A stretch of DNA of 64,000 nucleotides from Octopus vulgaris. Lineage: Eukaryota. The notes beneath the pieces are model-generated. The model made no database searches. It had not been told where the DNA came from and saw only the letters and a list, made by a program, of their open reading frames with translations. This document shows positions 14,600 to 28,370 of the stretch, piece by piece. The DNA lies in assembly GCA_951406725.2 (NCBI GenBank), contig OX597821.1:37634001-37698000 (forward strand), given 5' to 3'. Position numbers and translations under genes: made by a program. How positions within the stretch are numbered: the stretch's first letter is position 1; the number at the start of each line of letters is the position of its first letter.

Positions 14600-15670
14600 A
14601 ATATGTATATTTATGTGTGTATGCGTGCTTCTGTGCGTTTGTAGGTCAGTGTTTATATATATATATCTATATATATATATAGGTAAAGCTTGTGCTTGTA
14701 AACATTTAGCGAGTTGTGGAAAGGCACAGAATAAGCCAGGAACGTGTCCAAGATAATTCAAAGAATTAGATTTTATGATTACAGTAGATATGTATCTCAT
14801 TCAAATACAGGTGGTAGGCATAACTCCATACCTAGACATTTCTCCTGCAATAAACTTTAAAAATTGCACTGTATTGATATAAACTCCAATAATTTTATCA
14901 ACAATCATTAAAGAATTAATAAATAATATTAGTAATTGCATATTCAGTTTATCCTTTGGCAAGGAGTACTTTGTGCAGCTCATTACAATAATCCATTGAA
15001 AGATAGTGGCTTTGTAGAACGAAATATATAGTATAATGCGCTATATAGTTTAAATTTTCGTTCCATTATTGCTAAGATTACCATATTTCTTATAAATAAG
15101 CAGCTCCCAGTGGAACATAGATCTTTAATAGAATTAAAGTGAGTTACAGCTCTCAAAACGTCTCAACTTTCGTAGCCAATATAAATGGATGAAGCTTTCC
15201 TGTATCATCATGCAACGTTTTTTTCTTAACAACCCTAAAGTCTGACACTTCAGTGACATGTCTTTCTGAAGCATTAATCAACCACGTTAAGTTGTCTCTT
15301 GCAAATAACAGCGAAATAAAAAAAAGACACTACACGAGGGTCGCTGAACTTCTCTTTACGTTTCCTGCAACATATGCATACATTCAGAAACTAAAGAAGT
15401 CGATTTACTATTCAAAAATGTCACTTGTATGCCATTTGCTCTGAAAGGTGTGGCCTTTATCTTTCGAAGAAGTTTCACGTCTTTGGATAATTCTGCAATA
15501 ATAACCGAAATCTTTGAATTCAGGCATACATTTAATTCGATATTTATTGTGGGATTTCCAAATCCAACGGACTAAAATAGCTTATTTTTAACATAATAAA
15601 TTTTCCAATGAGGGGAAACACCACAGTAACGAAGCTACTAATTCGGTTTAAATTAAACTGCTTATAATTA

Positions 15671-15720
15671 AAGTGGTGCTCCAGCATGGCCGCAGTTAAA
15701 TGACTGAAACAAGTAAAAAT
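15671..15720 (+). mobile_element. SINE family A 3' tail fragment
   Basis: GGTGCTCCAGCATGGCCGCAGTTAAATGACTGAAACAAGTAAAA. Confidence 0.75.
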
Positions 15721-15808
15721 GTGTGTGTGCGTGTGTTTGTGTCAGTTTTGAAGTTGCGAGTTGGGTGATTCTGGTTGATAACGTAAACATACATGCACAC
15801 ACACACGC

Positions 15809-15875
<67 letters not shown>

Positions 15876-15899
15876 ACATATAAAATGTAATTATGCATT

Positions 15900-15998
15900 G
15901 GTTTATTATCTCTCGGTACGGCCGTTCAAGTGTACGCGTGCGAATGCGTGTACACGCAGCATTTTCGAAGAGTGAATACGGCCGAATGAAATCTAGTA
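15900..15998 (+). mobile_element. Short Helitron/Helentron-like element
   Basis: Repeated TACGGCCG, internal hairpin GTGTACGCG...GCGTGTACAC, terminal CTAGT. Confidence 0.35.
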
Positions 15999-16784
15999 TA
16001 ATTGCCTGAAATTACTCTTTATTGTACAAATAAACAATTAAAGCATTAAATATGAAAAAGTAGGGAAATACTTGTAATCCAAATTCATATTTTTGATGTG
16101 TAACATAGAATACGATTCATTGATATGAATTTATAAAATATTAATTTATCTGGTTGTATTGATTGACCGAGGTGTGATGTCACCATTTGTTAATAATGAA
16201 AACAAAAGTATTTGATTCAAGAGAATAAATAATAGCAACCATAATCATATCTCTAACTATTTTAATCATGTATAATACTCGCAATAATATAACGATGCTC
16301 AATCTTGAAGCAGTTCTAAGAACAAAGTGGAACACATGTTTACTTTGTCTAAAACCAAAAATAGGAAAAGTCAGATCTCGAAATATTAGGTGGTATATTC
16401 CACTCTATGGCTTTGAAGAAGAAAACTTAGGATCTAGAAACTTCTTAAAACCCCTAGAAATACACTTCCATATTGACACAGGCACTACCAAATTTTCACG
16501 ACAAACGCAATTAAAATTTTATTCTTTTTCCTACAGAAATTTGCCAAGATCCTCACCACTTCTCAAAGGTTAAACATCTGATAAAGGGCTAAGTGACTCC
16601 AACTCTCCCAACCCTGATTCATGCCCTGTGAATACAGGTTTAACTAAGGTTTGCCAATACATTGTTAGGCGAATCAAGAATTGAAAGTCTACAATATAAA
16701 CCTATTTAAATTCAGATATAACTGCAACACCCACCTCTTCAGAAACTACAACTGAGCTGGCCATTTTTCATTGGCTAAGTATAT

Positions 16785-17168
16785 CTCTTTACTCTTTTAC
16801 TTGTTTCAGTCATTTGACTGCGGCCATGCTGGAGCACCGCCTTTAGTCGAGCAAATCGACCCCGGGACTTATTCTTTGTAAGCCCAGTACTTATTCTATC
16901 GGTCTCTTTTGCCGAACCGCTAAGTGACGGGGACGTAAACACACCAGCAGGGGGACAAACACAGACACACAAAGACACACACACATATATATATATATAT
17001 ACATATATACGACGGGTTTCTTTCAGTTTCCGTCTACCAAATCCACTCACAAGGCATTGGTCGGCCCGGGGCTATAGCAGAAGACACTTACTCAAGATGC
17101 CACGCAGTGGGACTGAACCCGGAACCATGTGGTTGGTTAGCAAGCTACTTACCACACAGCCACTCCTG
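16785..17168 (-). mobile_element. SINE family A
   Basis: Near-identical to 47897-48308 apart from a short internal deletion. Confidence 0.92.
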
Positions 17169-18776
17169 TTGATATTCAAGAAATAACTCTTTCCCATTCA
17201 TTTAAAATAGTGAACCCTCCAAATAACAAAAATGTACGAGGGTAACAAGAAGTCATCGATCTTTGACTAGTAAATCTTCTCTCCTACTTCTGGGACTTAA
17301 CAACGCGTTTTAATTACCTTCTCCTTTCTCGAACTTACGTCTTTAGTACCTTGCCCGATCAGTCTGTAAAATTCGTTCCAGAAAATACTGGCTTCTTTCT
17401 CTCTACAATGATGTTTGCAACCCTTCTGCTTTCGTCATTATCATTCTATTTTTGGCTCTTCCGCTTCTTCTTTCCTCTGAAATCGAGCAGGATGCGACCA
17501 ATCATATACATTATCAGATATAAAAACTAAGTCTCAGTTCTAGAACTCCTTGACAGATTCTATGGAGTGGGGAAGGAAACTAAACAAGACTTCTAAGTGT
17601 GCTTCTGTTTTCCTCACTCTATGTATTGTATGTGCTTTTGGGTTTTTATCTTTTTAAACTATCGTGTATATAATGTGTGCGTCTTTGTGTATAGTAAGTT
17701 AAATAAATATTCACTGCTTCAGCCGCACAACCCTTTCAGTAATGTCCCTGTTGTGCTTCGACTGTTTCCCCTCCATAACACCATTTCAGTTTAGACCAGA
17801 TACGTCCTTTATTTGTTAATAGTTAAAAGTAGGAAATGGTGTAAAACCAGAAAGTTAGTAACTAAACAAAATAGGACAAGGTAATAATTATTTTTTGCAT
17901 ATTCTTTCGCTTCGGCTTTCCAAGATTGATTGAGTGGGCATTCATTTGTGTTTCACCAACGTATACTGGCTCAATCAGGCGAGGTGACAATATATATTTA
18001 GATGTCACCCCTGTAAAACATAGCAGAACGTTGGCGCGTAAACACTACATAGAAATGACAGAGGCTAAATTTAAGTGATGCATCTTTAAGCATAACATGG
18101 TAGGCCCTATATAAATGATACAAATTACAATTTAGCACCGTCGGAAGTAGTCTTATATTGAAATAATTCGTGAGTTATTTAAGCATAATGTCTGAATGTG
18201 TCGCCATTTCGACAACTTGCAACTTAAATCCTGGAAACTTACATCAACACCTGATAGACATAAAACCAACAGGCAGCGTTTCTTTATTTCTTAACTGAGT
18301 CATTACATTCTATAAAATTACATCAACACCAGATTAAGCAATCAAACAAACAAACCTTTACTTGTTAAACACTTGATGTGATTCATTACATTAATTTTTT
18401 TTTTATTTCCCACTTGTTCGTTTTGAGCCTAAAACACTCCTTCTTAATCTTTGAACGTTTTACTGCCGATGTTTTGATACCGTAACCTTGATATAAGTTC
18501 CAGTTTCGACATAGGACAAACAACCCAAGCATATATAAACAGGCGTGTCTCGTACATCAACCTGCACATAACCGGATATGCCCCAGCCCAGATGTGTTTT
18601 TCATAGGATATTGATGGTATCATCGCTTATTATTGAATATATATCCGCATGAAGCAGGGAGTAACTATACATATATAGTAAAGTTAGAAATAATGCTTGG
18701 TACAGTATTATATATTTGAAAAATATGAATAAGGGTGGCTTCAATAAATCAGCAGAAAAGCTATTCCTGTTCATCT

Positions 18777-18834
<58 letters not shown>

Positions 18835-20542
18835 CTGTTCATATATATGTATGCATTTGTTTATGTAATCTCTCTCCCCCTCTCTATCTATCCGTCCGTC
18901 AGTCCGTCTCTCTGTCCATCTATTTATCTATCTATTTGTCATCCTGCTGTTATATCTTTGTGGTAAATGAAATGAATCGATGAACATTTCTAGGATAAAT
19001 CAATCGTTATTGAGGCTTTCAAAATCCTGTTTAGTCTAAGATACATTCCGTGTATTAACTCAGCAATACATTTTGTGTTGCTTTCATTGAACTCTGATCA
19101 GAATCTGTCAATTCGTCTGAGACTTGTTTCGGCAGATTGAAACACAACACTTAGTTATTTGTTTTGTTCATAATGAAATGATTGAAAAATCCTTCTTTTG
19201 TTCGCCATGTTGCGATTCGGATATGCATTACATCTGTCGCTTCCAGATTAATAAAATTGCTTACTGAATGAAGTATAGTGCTAATAGTAGACCAAATCAA
19301 ATGCATAAAGAGTTCGAAAACAGAAGAAATTGGTTTGGCTTGAGAAACAGGAAATGTCTAGAGTTTCGGGTAGAATAATTAGTCGAAGAGTATTGCCAAA
19401 ACGTTCGCCTTTTTCCTTCTAAATGGTAAACCAATTTATTCCACTTTAAACTCTTTCATGCTAGTTTCCTAATTTCCTAATATTATGTAGTCTAAGAAAT
19501 GATGTCCTTATGACTGGACGATTGAGGCATTGATGTCTTTAACTCTGAAATAATGTCGGTTAGTTTCACTTCAGACACGCTACGATGTTAAACTCCGCAC
19601 AAACTTCAGAGTTCTACAAATGCTATCGATGAAATTAGCGTGTATTTAGGTCTCCATACAGAAATATACTTCACTAACGCTATGCATTTTTTAATCCACC
19701 AGTGTTGATAAAATAGTACACGGGATTGGCAATATTTGGTTAAAATCCTTTATCTCTTGAGTTCCACTTTATTTTATTGACCCCGTTCGGGATCCATAAA
19801 TTTAAGAACCAGCATCGGGGATTGATGGAAAAGCCTTTGTCTCAAGAAAGGAGCTACCTTTTTTGTACATTTTAAAAGATCAGCCAAGAGAAGCGTTTAT
19901 AAATATTTGAAAAAAATACCATCCTTGCTTAAAAAAACCCACAACAGGAAATAACAAAAAAAGTTAAAGAATCTCCGTCGCTTCAGAACACTATTGATGA
20001 TGACGATGATGACGAGAAGGAGGAAGACAACGTAATAAAATGAATCGTCCAATGAATATCTCATAAGTGTCGTGTCGATACATTAATTGTGGTGACGTGA
20101 TGACGTTGGCTGGATACACAACTCACCAAAGAACAAGCGTGAAATAAGAAACTTCAAAGTCAGGCTTTTCATTAAGACAAAATAGTCATATAATAAAACT
20201 GCATGAGGCTGAGGTTGTGCGTTGATTGAAGATATTACGTCTACCGGGTGTTTCTACTGTTTGCCAAGTCACAACAAGGACTTCAGGCATACAGTACTTT
20301 ACGCGATATGCGTGCAGTTCCAAGTAATGTCGACTTTTGCAATACATCTAGATTGTAGGCTATTTCTAAAGTTTTCAGATGTTTTTTCAGATTGGTTGGT
20401 ATCGAACCCAATGCTCCGCTAACAATAGAGACAACCTTTATATTTGACTCTCATAGCTGCCACATCTTCGTGATCTCAATCTCAGGTCTCTATATTTATC
20501 AACTTTTTCTCTTTCTTTGATGATGATATTATTATTATTATT

Positions 20543-20740
20543 AAAGCGCGCTGGCAGAATAGCATACGAGACAAAATGTTTAGCAGTGCTTCGTTTGTCT
20601 TCACGTTCTGAGTTCAAATTCCGCTGGGGTCGACTTTGCCTTTTCGGGTCGATAAATTAAGTACCAGTGAAATACTGGGTCGAGGTAAGCGACAAGTACC
20701 CTCCCCCAATATTTCAGGCCTTGTGCTTTTAGTAGAAAGG

Positions 20741-20781
<41 letters not shown>

Positions 20782-21161
20782 GATTTTCGTCTGTCTTTAC
20801 ACCCTGGGTTCAAATTTTGCCGGGGTGGATTTTGTCTTTCATCCTTTTGGGGTCGATAAATTAAGTACCAGTTGCATACTGGGGTTGATGTATTCGACTA
20901 TCCCCTTTCTCCAAATTTCAAGCGTTGTGCCTAGACTAGAAACGATTACTAGTGTTAAAGCGTGCTGGCAGAATCGTTGTTAGCATGCCGGACAAAATGT
21001 TTAGCAGCATTTCGTCAGACTTTACATTCTGAGTTTAAATTCCACCGACATCGACTTTGCCTGCCATCTTCCGGGGATCGATAAAACAAGTACCAGTCAA
21101 GTACTGAGGCCAATGTAATCGACTACCCAACATTTCAAGCTTTGTATCAATAGCAGAAGGG

Positions 21162-21198
<37 letters not shown>
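20543..21198 (+). mobile_element. Three head-to-tail SINE family B copies (Nin/Deu-like domain) with (ATT)n tails
   Basis: GCTGGCAGAAT...GAGTTCAAATTCC...TTTCATCCTTT.GGGGTCGATAAATTAAGTACCAG. Copies start at about 20543, 20785 (partial) and 20956. Confidence 0.88.
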
Positions 21199-21199
<1 letters not shown>

Positions 21200-22117
21200 G
21201 ATAGTAAAATTAAAAATATTTGAAGTTATATTTCGTCATTTTGTGTTTAATTCCGAATACTCCTATATTAGTCAACATTAACCCCAAATCTGCTTTCTGA
21301 TATTCTACAGTCATTCCATCAGATATATGCAAGAAAAAAAAAAAATTATAACAGGCAAATGAAGAAAAAAAATAACAGAAGGGAAGAAAACTGAAACTGA
21401 TTTTTCTGTTTAATCCGATATCAGTAGGATTGATCGCATTATTTGCTTTTAGTTTCAGACCTTCCAAGTTATTAAACAATTTTTTTGGATATTTTGTTCT
21501 TTACGTTAGGTACCGAAGAAGTACAAAAAAAAAAAAAGGAGAGAGATAGAGAGAAAAAAACCCAACCAAAGCTACTTGAAAAGATGAACTAAATAGAGAA
21601 ATATTCAAAGAAAGGTAAAGATATAAAAAAAAAATGTAAAAAGAAATCCAAATTATCTGAAGACGAAAGGCAAGAAAGAACGAGGGAAAAAAAATTCTCA
21701 CGAATAAAAAAAAAAAAGAACGAAAGAAAAAAAGAATTGAAAAAGGAAATTATAAAACACAAAGAATTAAAAAAAAAAAAGAAATAATATTTAAAAAGAA
21801 CTGAAACAATGCGAAAGAAGAAGAAAGATATGAACGGAGATTGTAAGAGACTAAAATAAAAGTAGTTTAATGAGTTGCTGTGTTCTGATGATTGTGACTG
21901 ATGATGGTTGTGACTGATGATGGTTGTAGGAGAGTAGGGCAATGTTTAACTACTGTTCACTCTATATACCCAGCATTGAGAGACATGCAACATTATATTA
22001 TTGATCTCTCTCTCTCTCTCTCTCTCATTCCTCTTTACCACATTATCTACGTATCTTGTTTTTATTCACTTCCTTCCGAAAAGACGGTTACTAATCGCCC
22101 TCCCCCCCACTCAAATC

Positions 22118-22450
22118 TATCAAACTTTCATTCGTTCCTGTTCTTCCTTCACTTTTGTTTTCTTTCTCTTTCTTTGTATTCTTCTTAGTTTCTTTCTCTA
22201 TTTCATTCTCTTTTGCTGTCTCATATTTCACACACACACTCTTTCTTTCTTTCTTTTTTCCTTCTTTCTTTCTTTCTTTCTTTCTTTCTTGTTCTCTTTC
22301 TTTCTTTCTTTCTCTCTATCTGTCTATCAACATCAAACTTTCATTCGTTTTTGCTCTTCCTTCACTTTATTTTCCTTCTCTTTCTTTGTATTCTTCTTAA
22401 TTTCTTTCTCTATTTCACTCTCTTTTGCTGTCTCATATTTCACTCTCACT
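22118..22450. repeat. Local direct duplication of an about 120-bp pyrimidine-rich unit separated by (TCTT)n
   Basis: ATCAAACTTTCATTCGTT...TTTTGCTGTCTCATATTTCAC at about 22119 and 22332. Confidence 0.85.
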
Positions 22451-22496
<46 letters not shown>

Positions 22497-22541
22497 GTCT
22501 GTCTGTCTGTCTGTCTGCCTGTCTGTCTGTCTGTCTGTCTA

Positions 22542-22593
<52 letters not shown>

Positions 22594-23221
22594 CATACAT
22601 TTACATTCACTCGCAACTCTTATATCAATGGCAATAAGCAAAGAAGCTCCACTCTGCTCTCACTCCCAATTTTTAGCCCTTTACCTATTCTCCATTTAAT
22701 TCTCCATCCCTCGCACTTTTTCCATTTCCTTGATTTTATTTTTTTTGTATTTGTATTCCTCGCATTCTTCACGTGGTTCTTTACTCTCCTTTACCCTCCA
22801 ACAACAGTTTTTATGCCATTTTATGGTGCCTTACAGTCTCTAACCTATCCAAATCTCTCTCTCTATCTAATGCGTATACATTGTGTGTGTGTGTGTGTGT
22901 TGCATGCAGGGAGGAGACGCGTTATATTGATAGCAAAATTCGTTCTGTAAATAATTCTTTTGAACCTTTTTCGTCCTATTGCTTCACACACGCGCACACA
23001 CAGATATTTGGTTAATACACACAAGCAACAGTCTACATAATAGTAGCAGAATCAGCACAGCTGTTCTAAGCCTGCTTTCAAAGAAGCACACACCCACATA
23101 CAAAAGTTAATTCGTGACTGACTCGTGTAGCATGATATAAATTTGTACATGTATTTATAACAAAGTGCATAGGTATACACACACACACACGCGCTTACTT
23201 CTAAACGTATATGTCTGTCTA

Positions 23222-23258
<37 letters not shown>

Positions 23259-23654
23259 ATGTATGTATATATACACATATACATGCATTTAAATATAGAC
23301 ACGCTACGCGTAGACTCATTGCCCTTAAAGCAAGTACGTTAACACAATATACGCTATTGTATAAGACTGAGCGTGTGTGTAAATATATACGAATAAAGAT
23401 ATATATGTAATATATACAACGCCTCCATACGTATATAAATAAAACATTCATACATATACGTGTGTATGTACACACACACACACATACACACACACACATC
23501 TCCACAGCTACATCAGTATATATTTACCTGCATATATATACATGCAAATGTATTTGTGGTTATAAAAAAATATACACAAACATAGATCAATGTATGTATG
23601 TTTTAAAGAATGCTCTGAACGTAAACATGAGATGAACCTGTAGTTGTTTTTTTT

Positions 23655-24666
23655 TTATTCATTTACCTGTTTAAATTACTGAACATGCGGTCATGCTGGG
23701 GCACTTTCTCGAAGAGTTTAATCTAACAAAGTGACCCCAAATTTTATTTTAAGTCTCGTTTCTTATTCTATTGGTAATTTTTTTTACCTAATTGCTAAGT
23801 CAAGGGAACGTAAACAAACTAACATCAATTGTCCGTCATTGGCGACGCATTCACACAGATGTGTGTGTGTGTGTATATAATATAATATAATATAATATAA
23901 TATAATATAATATAATATAATATATATATATATATATATATATAGGGGTGGGTAAAACAGGAGGTATACAGTTGCTTAATATGAATGGAATATTCTTTCC
24001 ATTTCTCTATTTCTGTTTTAAATCTAAACAATTCATAAGTCGACTTAGGGTCTGCGGGAGATGCCTGGTTCATTGGAAGCCCTCCTTTTTGTTTTGATTT
24101 CTGGGGACTTTGAATGAATGCTTGAACTACTTTCATTTCATTCTCTTCAGAAGTAACATCGACTGGTCGACCACTTTTCTGTGCTTTGTAGATGGACCCA
24201 ATCTATTCAAATTTGTCACGTATTCTGTAATCTGTTAATCTTGACGGAGCTGGTCTTTGGAATTCTTCAGTCCATTTCTGTCTAACCGCTTCTGCATCCT
24301 CTGTTTTCTGGTACTGCTTGATGATCCACTTTCGTTCATCATTGGTCAAATTTCCAGTAATATAAGGATTATCTGAAATTAGGAATCATTATTTTATTAT
24401 AGAAAAATGTTAAAAAACAAGAATCATAGAATTCTTATCTTAAAAAAAAGAAATAAAGAAATGAAAAGAACATTCCTACTTGTACCCACCCTTTTTATAT
24501 ACATACACTGCAGGCTTCGATATAGTTTCCAAATTTACCAAATCCATGCACAAGGCTTTCATCGGCTCGCAGTTCAAGCTTAAAAAACTTGTCCAATATG
24601 CCGCATTGCTGGACTGAACTCGAAACCAGGTGGTTGCGAAGCCAAATTTCTAACCCCCAGTCACGC
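23655..24666 (-). mobile_element. SINE family A, old copy split by a mariner insertion
   Basis: Tail half at 23655-23850 and head half at 24510-24666 flank the mariner. Confidence 0.75.
23943..24493 (-). mobile_element. Internally deleted DUF4817-type mariner nested in a SINE
   Basis: Imperfect TIRs GGGTGGGTAAAACAGGA / TCCTACTTGTACCCACCC. Translation ERKWIIKQYQKTEDAEAVRQKWTEEF...RIRDKFE*IGS...SGRP...SEENEMKVVQAFIQSPQKS. Confidence 0.85.
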
Positions 24667-24693
24667 ACATATTATTAATAATTTGCTTGATTT

Positions 24694-24912
24694 AAGGTGG
24701 CGAGCTGGCAGAAACATTAGCACACCGGGCGAAATGCTTAGTAGTATTTCGTCTGTTTTTACGCTCTGAGTTCAAATTCCCCCGAGGTCGACTTTACCTT
24801 TCATCCTTTCGGGGTCGATAAATTAAGTACCAGTTGCGTACTGGGATCGATCTAATCGATTGCCACCACTCCCCAAGAATTTCGGGCCTTCTGCCTAGAG
24901 TAGAAAAGAATA
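24694..24912 (+). mobile_element. SINE family B
   Basis: tRNA-like head plus CCTTTCATCCTTTCGGGGTCGATAAATTAAGTACCAG. Confidence 0.9.
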
Positions 24913-25569
24913 AATTGTTTTGTCTATTCTCATCAAAGTCCGTGATTTATTGGTTAATGATGAGCTCCTTATGCACTTACTAGTGATACCGCATGATACC
25001 CTTATGCACTTACTTACGTGTATGTGTGTGTGTGTGCGTGCGCGCGAGGCCTTTGAAATTTCACATAGCCGTCCAAATTTAATTTCTATTTTCACCCAAT
25101 GTTTGGTGCCAGTCACTGTTACTCGGAAAATACAATTATTCTAATGTGGTTTGAATGTTTTATTTTGTTTTAGATCTCAGAAAATTACAATTCATCATCT
25201 TTTATCGTTAAAATTAATCATTTATTTTTCTTGAGTCTTCTCGTCTTCGCCTTTAAGGTTTATCTTTTCCTAAAGACCCTTCATAGAAGGCACTGGAAGT
25301 ATAGAGAGACGAAGAAGCAAATTCCGGCCATGAAAGACGGGTTGAAGTTACTTTTAGTTACTAAACGTGGACCAATAATATTGGAAACGGGCTTTTGAAC
25401 TCGATGAATGGGGAGAAAAAGAAGTGCAGCTGAGCCATCCGTCCAAATATGCCACCAATATTCCATAGAAAGGTACACAACCGACATAAATTCAGAGAAA
25501 AAAGGATGGACGAGCTTTGTGATGAAAACCGGGGTCATGAATGAAAAAAGTTTAAGAATTGCTGCTGTA

Positions 25570-27099
25570 GACTACTGAGCCCTGCTTCTTGCTTATTTTT
25601 ATAGTTCTTTAATGCTCTTTACCATACATAGTTTTGCTCTTATTATTGACAGCGTTTCCCAAAACACAAGAAGCACATATTTTTGGTATATCCAAACTGC
25701 AGTTCTAGGAGGAGGGAAATCACCTTTAAAACACCACAAATATTCCACCTGTAAACTGAGTAATTAACACCTTTCAGAAAGAGTTCCATCGGTTCATAAG
25801 TTTCTTCCACATCGACAACATGACCCACAGGAATGGAAGGCTTTTCATTACCATTATGTGACAACACAGTTTTGAGGCTAACCTTATTCGAGTCTATAAA
25901 CAATCTCCATTCGTTAGCCACATGCACCTGTCCTAATTTTTGCATGAGTGCATTAATGTCTGTACAGAAACAATCATTATTATCTTGCTCGAAAAAGACA
26001 GATAAGCCTTTATGGCGAGAACGGAAAATGGAAATTTTTGTACCTTGCTGTAGGAGATTCCTTTGTTGTAGTTTGGATCCCAAAATTTCTGCCCCCTCCT
26101 TTGACAATGCTAGGCCTCTTACTAAATCGTTCAAACCTTCTTGATTAAACTTGCCTGGCTCATTTTTCTTAGAATCACCTACTTACTCTTCGTCGCTAAG
26201 AGAGTCCGGGGATTCATCATGCGACGTGTCAAGATTTTCAAGTGAAGCATGTGAAAAGGGAACTGGGACAGGGTTCTCGAAGTAATGTGGGACCGGTTTT
26301 AGAGCCGACTTACAATCTGCATACACAATTTTTGATTTGGTTTTCTTTGAGAAACCACTAATATTAATCATGCAACAGTAACAATCAGAGACATTATTGG
26401 TTGGCTCACGCCATACCATTGTTGCAGCAAAAAGTATTCCCTTCCGTTTCCCATTCAGTCACTGTGTAAGCCTTGAGTAACGCATATTGCAACATTTGTG
26501 AGGTGCTCACCTTGTGTCCTGGTCCCCAACTTTACACTCGAAATAATATTTATAGGCAGTTTTAATTTGATGGCAATATTCCTCCGCTGGTCACGTGGAG
26601 CAAATTTTCCACAGACATAACAAAAGTTGTCTGGGTGATTCACATAACCTCTCCTATTAATGATCTAACACAATGAACACAGTTAAAACAGTAATCACGG
26701 AGAGAGAGAGAGAGAGGGACACACACACACACACACACACACATATACCACACGTGATGGCAGAACAAATGACACTAAGAGTTACCAAGAACAAACTGTT
26801 GTATTTGGCATTGTACACAATACGTCAGCGCCATCTATTGCTAAACTAAATAATGAACTTTCTCATGGTTTGTTTCATTGCTGTTATTTCTTTAATTTTG
26901 AATTAAGACCGCTTTCATTTTAGCAAATTTTATAATACGGCTTTATCTAGCCGAAAGTATAGTTATAATCTTGCGCATGCACATAACTCAAAATCCTGAT
27001 GTGATAGAATAATTCTGAGTGCGGATTCGGAATCAGCATCCTCGATTTAGTCTAAAACACATGCTTTTACTTCAGTAGCAAAATCTTTGTTGTCCAGTG
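25570..27099 (-). mobile_element. Chapaev3-like (CMC) DNA transposon relic, 5' part with transposase pseudogene
   Basis: ORF pieces NHPDNFCYVCG, GDQD..APHKCC, VWREP...DCYCC...PVPH, NDLVRGLALSK...WRLFIDSNKVSLKTVLSHNGN...W.ICG.LKV...GYTK.MCFLC. 5' terminus CACTGGACAACAAAG at 27099, followed on the plus strand by TTA. Family name from recalled motifs. Confidence 0.85.
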
Positions 27100-27169
27100 T
27101 TATCTGAACATAAAATGCCGTGTTTATAAACAATTTCTAATAGTTTAGTATCACAACTACATCCAATAC

Positions 27170-27355
27170 TATAACTATCATATCATTTCCGTCACAACCG
27201 TCAATCTACTACCGCCTTCACCCTATCTATGCCTACTATTACTCTCACCCCAACATGAGGAATAGTAGAAGTGTCATTGAATAGTGAGGAGGTGGGGATC
27301 AAAGTGTGACACTCTGACACACACAAATTCGTTTTGGCATTTATTATTACAGATA
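27170..27355 (-). mobile_element. Helitron-like repeat, copy 1
   Basis: Shares TATGCCTACTATTACTCTCACCCCA.CATGAGGAATA...GTGTGACACT with about 28095-28228. Minus-strand start TCTGTAATAATAAATGC. Confidence 0.55.
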
Positions 27356-27375
27356 TTACATTATTATATTATATT

Positions 27376-27592
27376 AAAGCGGCGAGCTGGCAGAATCGTT
27401 AGCACGCCGGGTGAAATGCTTAGAAGTCTTTCGCCTGTCGCTAGGTTTTGAGCTCGAATTCCGCCGAGGTCGACTTTGCCTTTCATCCCTTCGGGGTCGA
27501 TAAAATTAGTATCAGCTATGTACTGGGGTCGATGTAATCGACTTAATCCCTTCTCCCAAATTTGAGGCCTTGAGCTTCCCGTATAAAGGATT
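27376..27592 (+). mobile_element. SINE family B
   Basis: Same head and Nin/Deu-like domain as 24694. Confidence 0.9.
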
Positions 27593-27672
27593 TATTAATG
27601 TCACACTGACTTTCACATTTATTATATTAGATGTTTTAATTTTAGGGAAACTTTATTTCAATTAAAGTGTAC

Positions 27673-27721
<49 letters not shown>

Positions 27722-27757
27722 CACACATATATATATATATGTGTGAGTGTCTGTGTG

Positions 27758-27796
<39 letters not shown>

Positions 27797-27920
27797 TAAA
27801 GAAAGCAAAAGGCTAAATGTGTGTGTAAAAGTGTTCAGCATGTTGGTTCAGTTTTCAGTATGTTGGCCACAGGAATTTCTGGCAAAGAGACGTGGTTAAA
27901 CAAAGTTGTGCATCATCTCC

Positions 27921-27967
<47 letters not shown>

Positions 27968-27969
27968 TC

Positions 27970-28228
27970 TCTCTTATTACTCCCACTGCCACCATCAACG
28001 CTACTACTTTTAATAATACATCATCAACTCTCCCTAGATTTCTTTGTCTCTCTCTTTCTTTCTCTCTCTGTTTGTCTTCGTCATCGCCCTCACTGTCTCT
28101 ATGCCTACTATTACTCTCACCCCAGCATGAGGAATAAAAGTGTCACTGAATAGTGAGAGAGGGGGTCAAAGTGTGACACTGACACACTTAAATTAAATTT
28201 CGCATTTATTATATTAAAAGTATAGATT
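27970..28228 (-). mobile_element. Helitron-like repeat, copy 2
   Basis: Minus-strand start TCTATACTTTTAATATAATAAATGCGAAA. Homologous to 27225-27355. Confidence 0.55.
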
Positions 28229-28300
28229 AAGGACAAAAAAATCAAATTCTCACCGCAACAATCTGTCGTTGAAACTTTCCTTGTTATCAATTACATTATT

Positions 28301-28370
<70 letters not shown>

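Noticed and set aside
25281-25538. HIWTDGSAA, an RNase H-like motif
   Set aside because: Single motif without the other catalytic residues.
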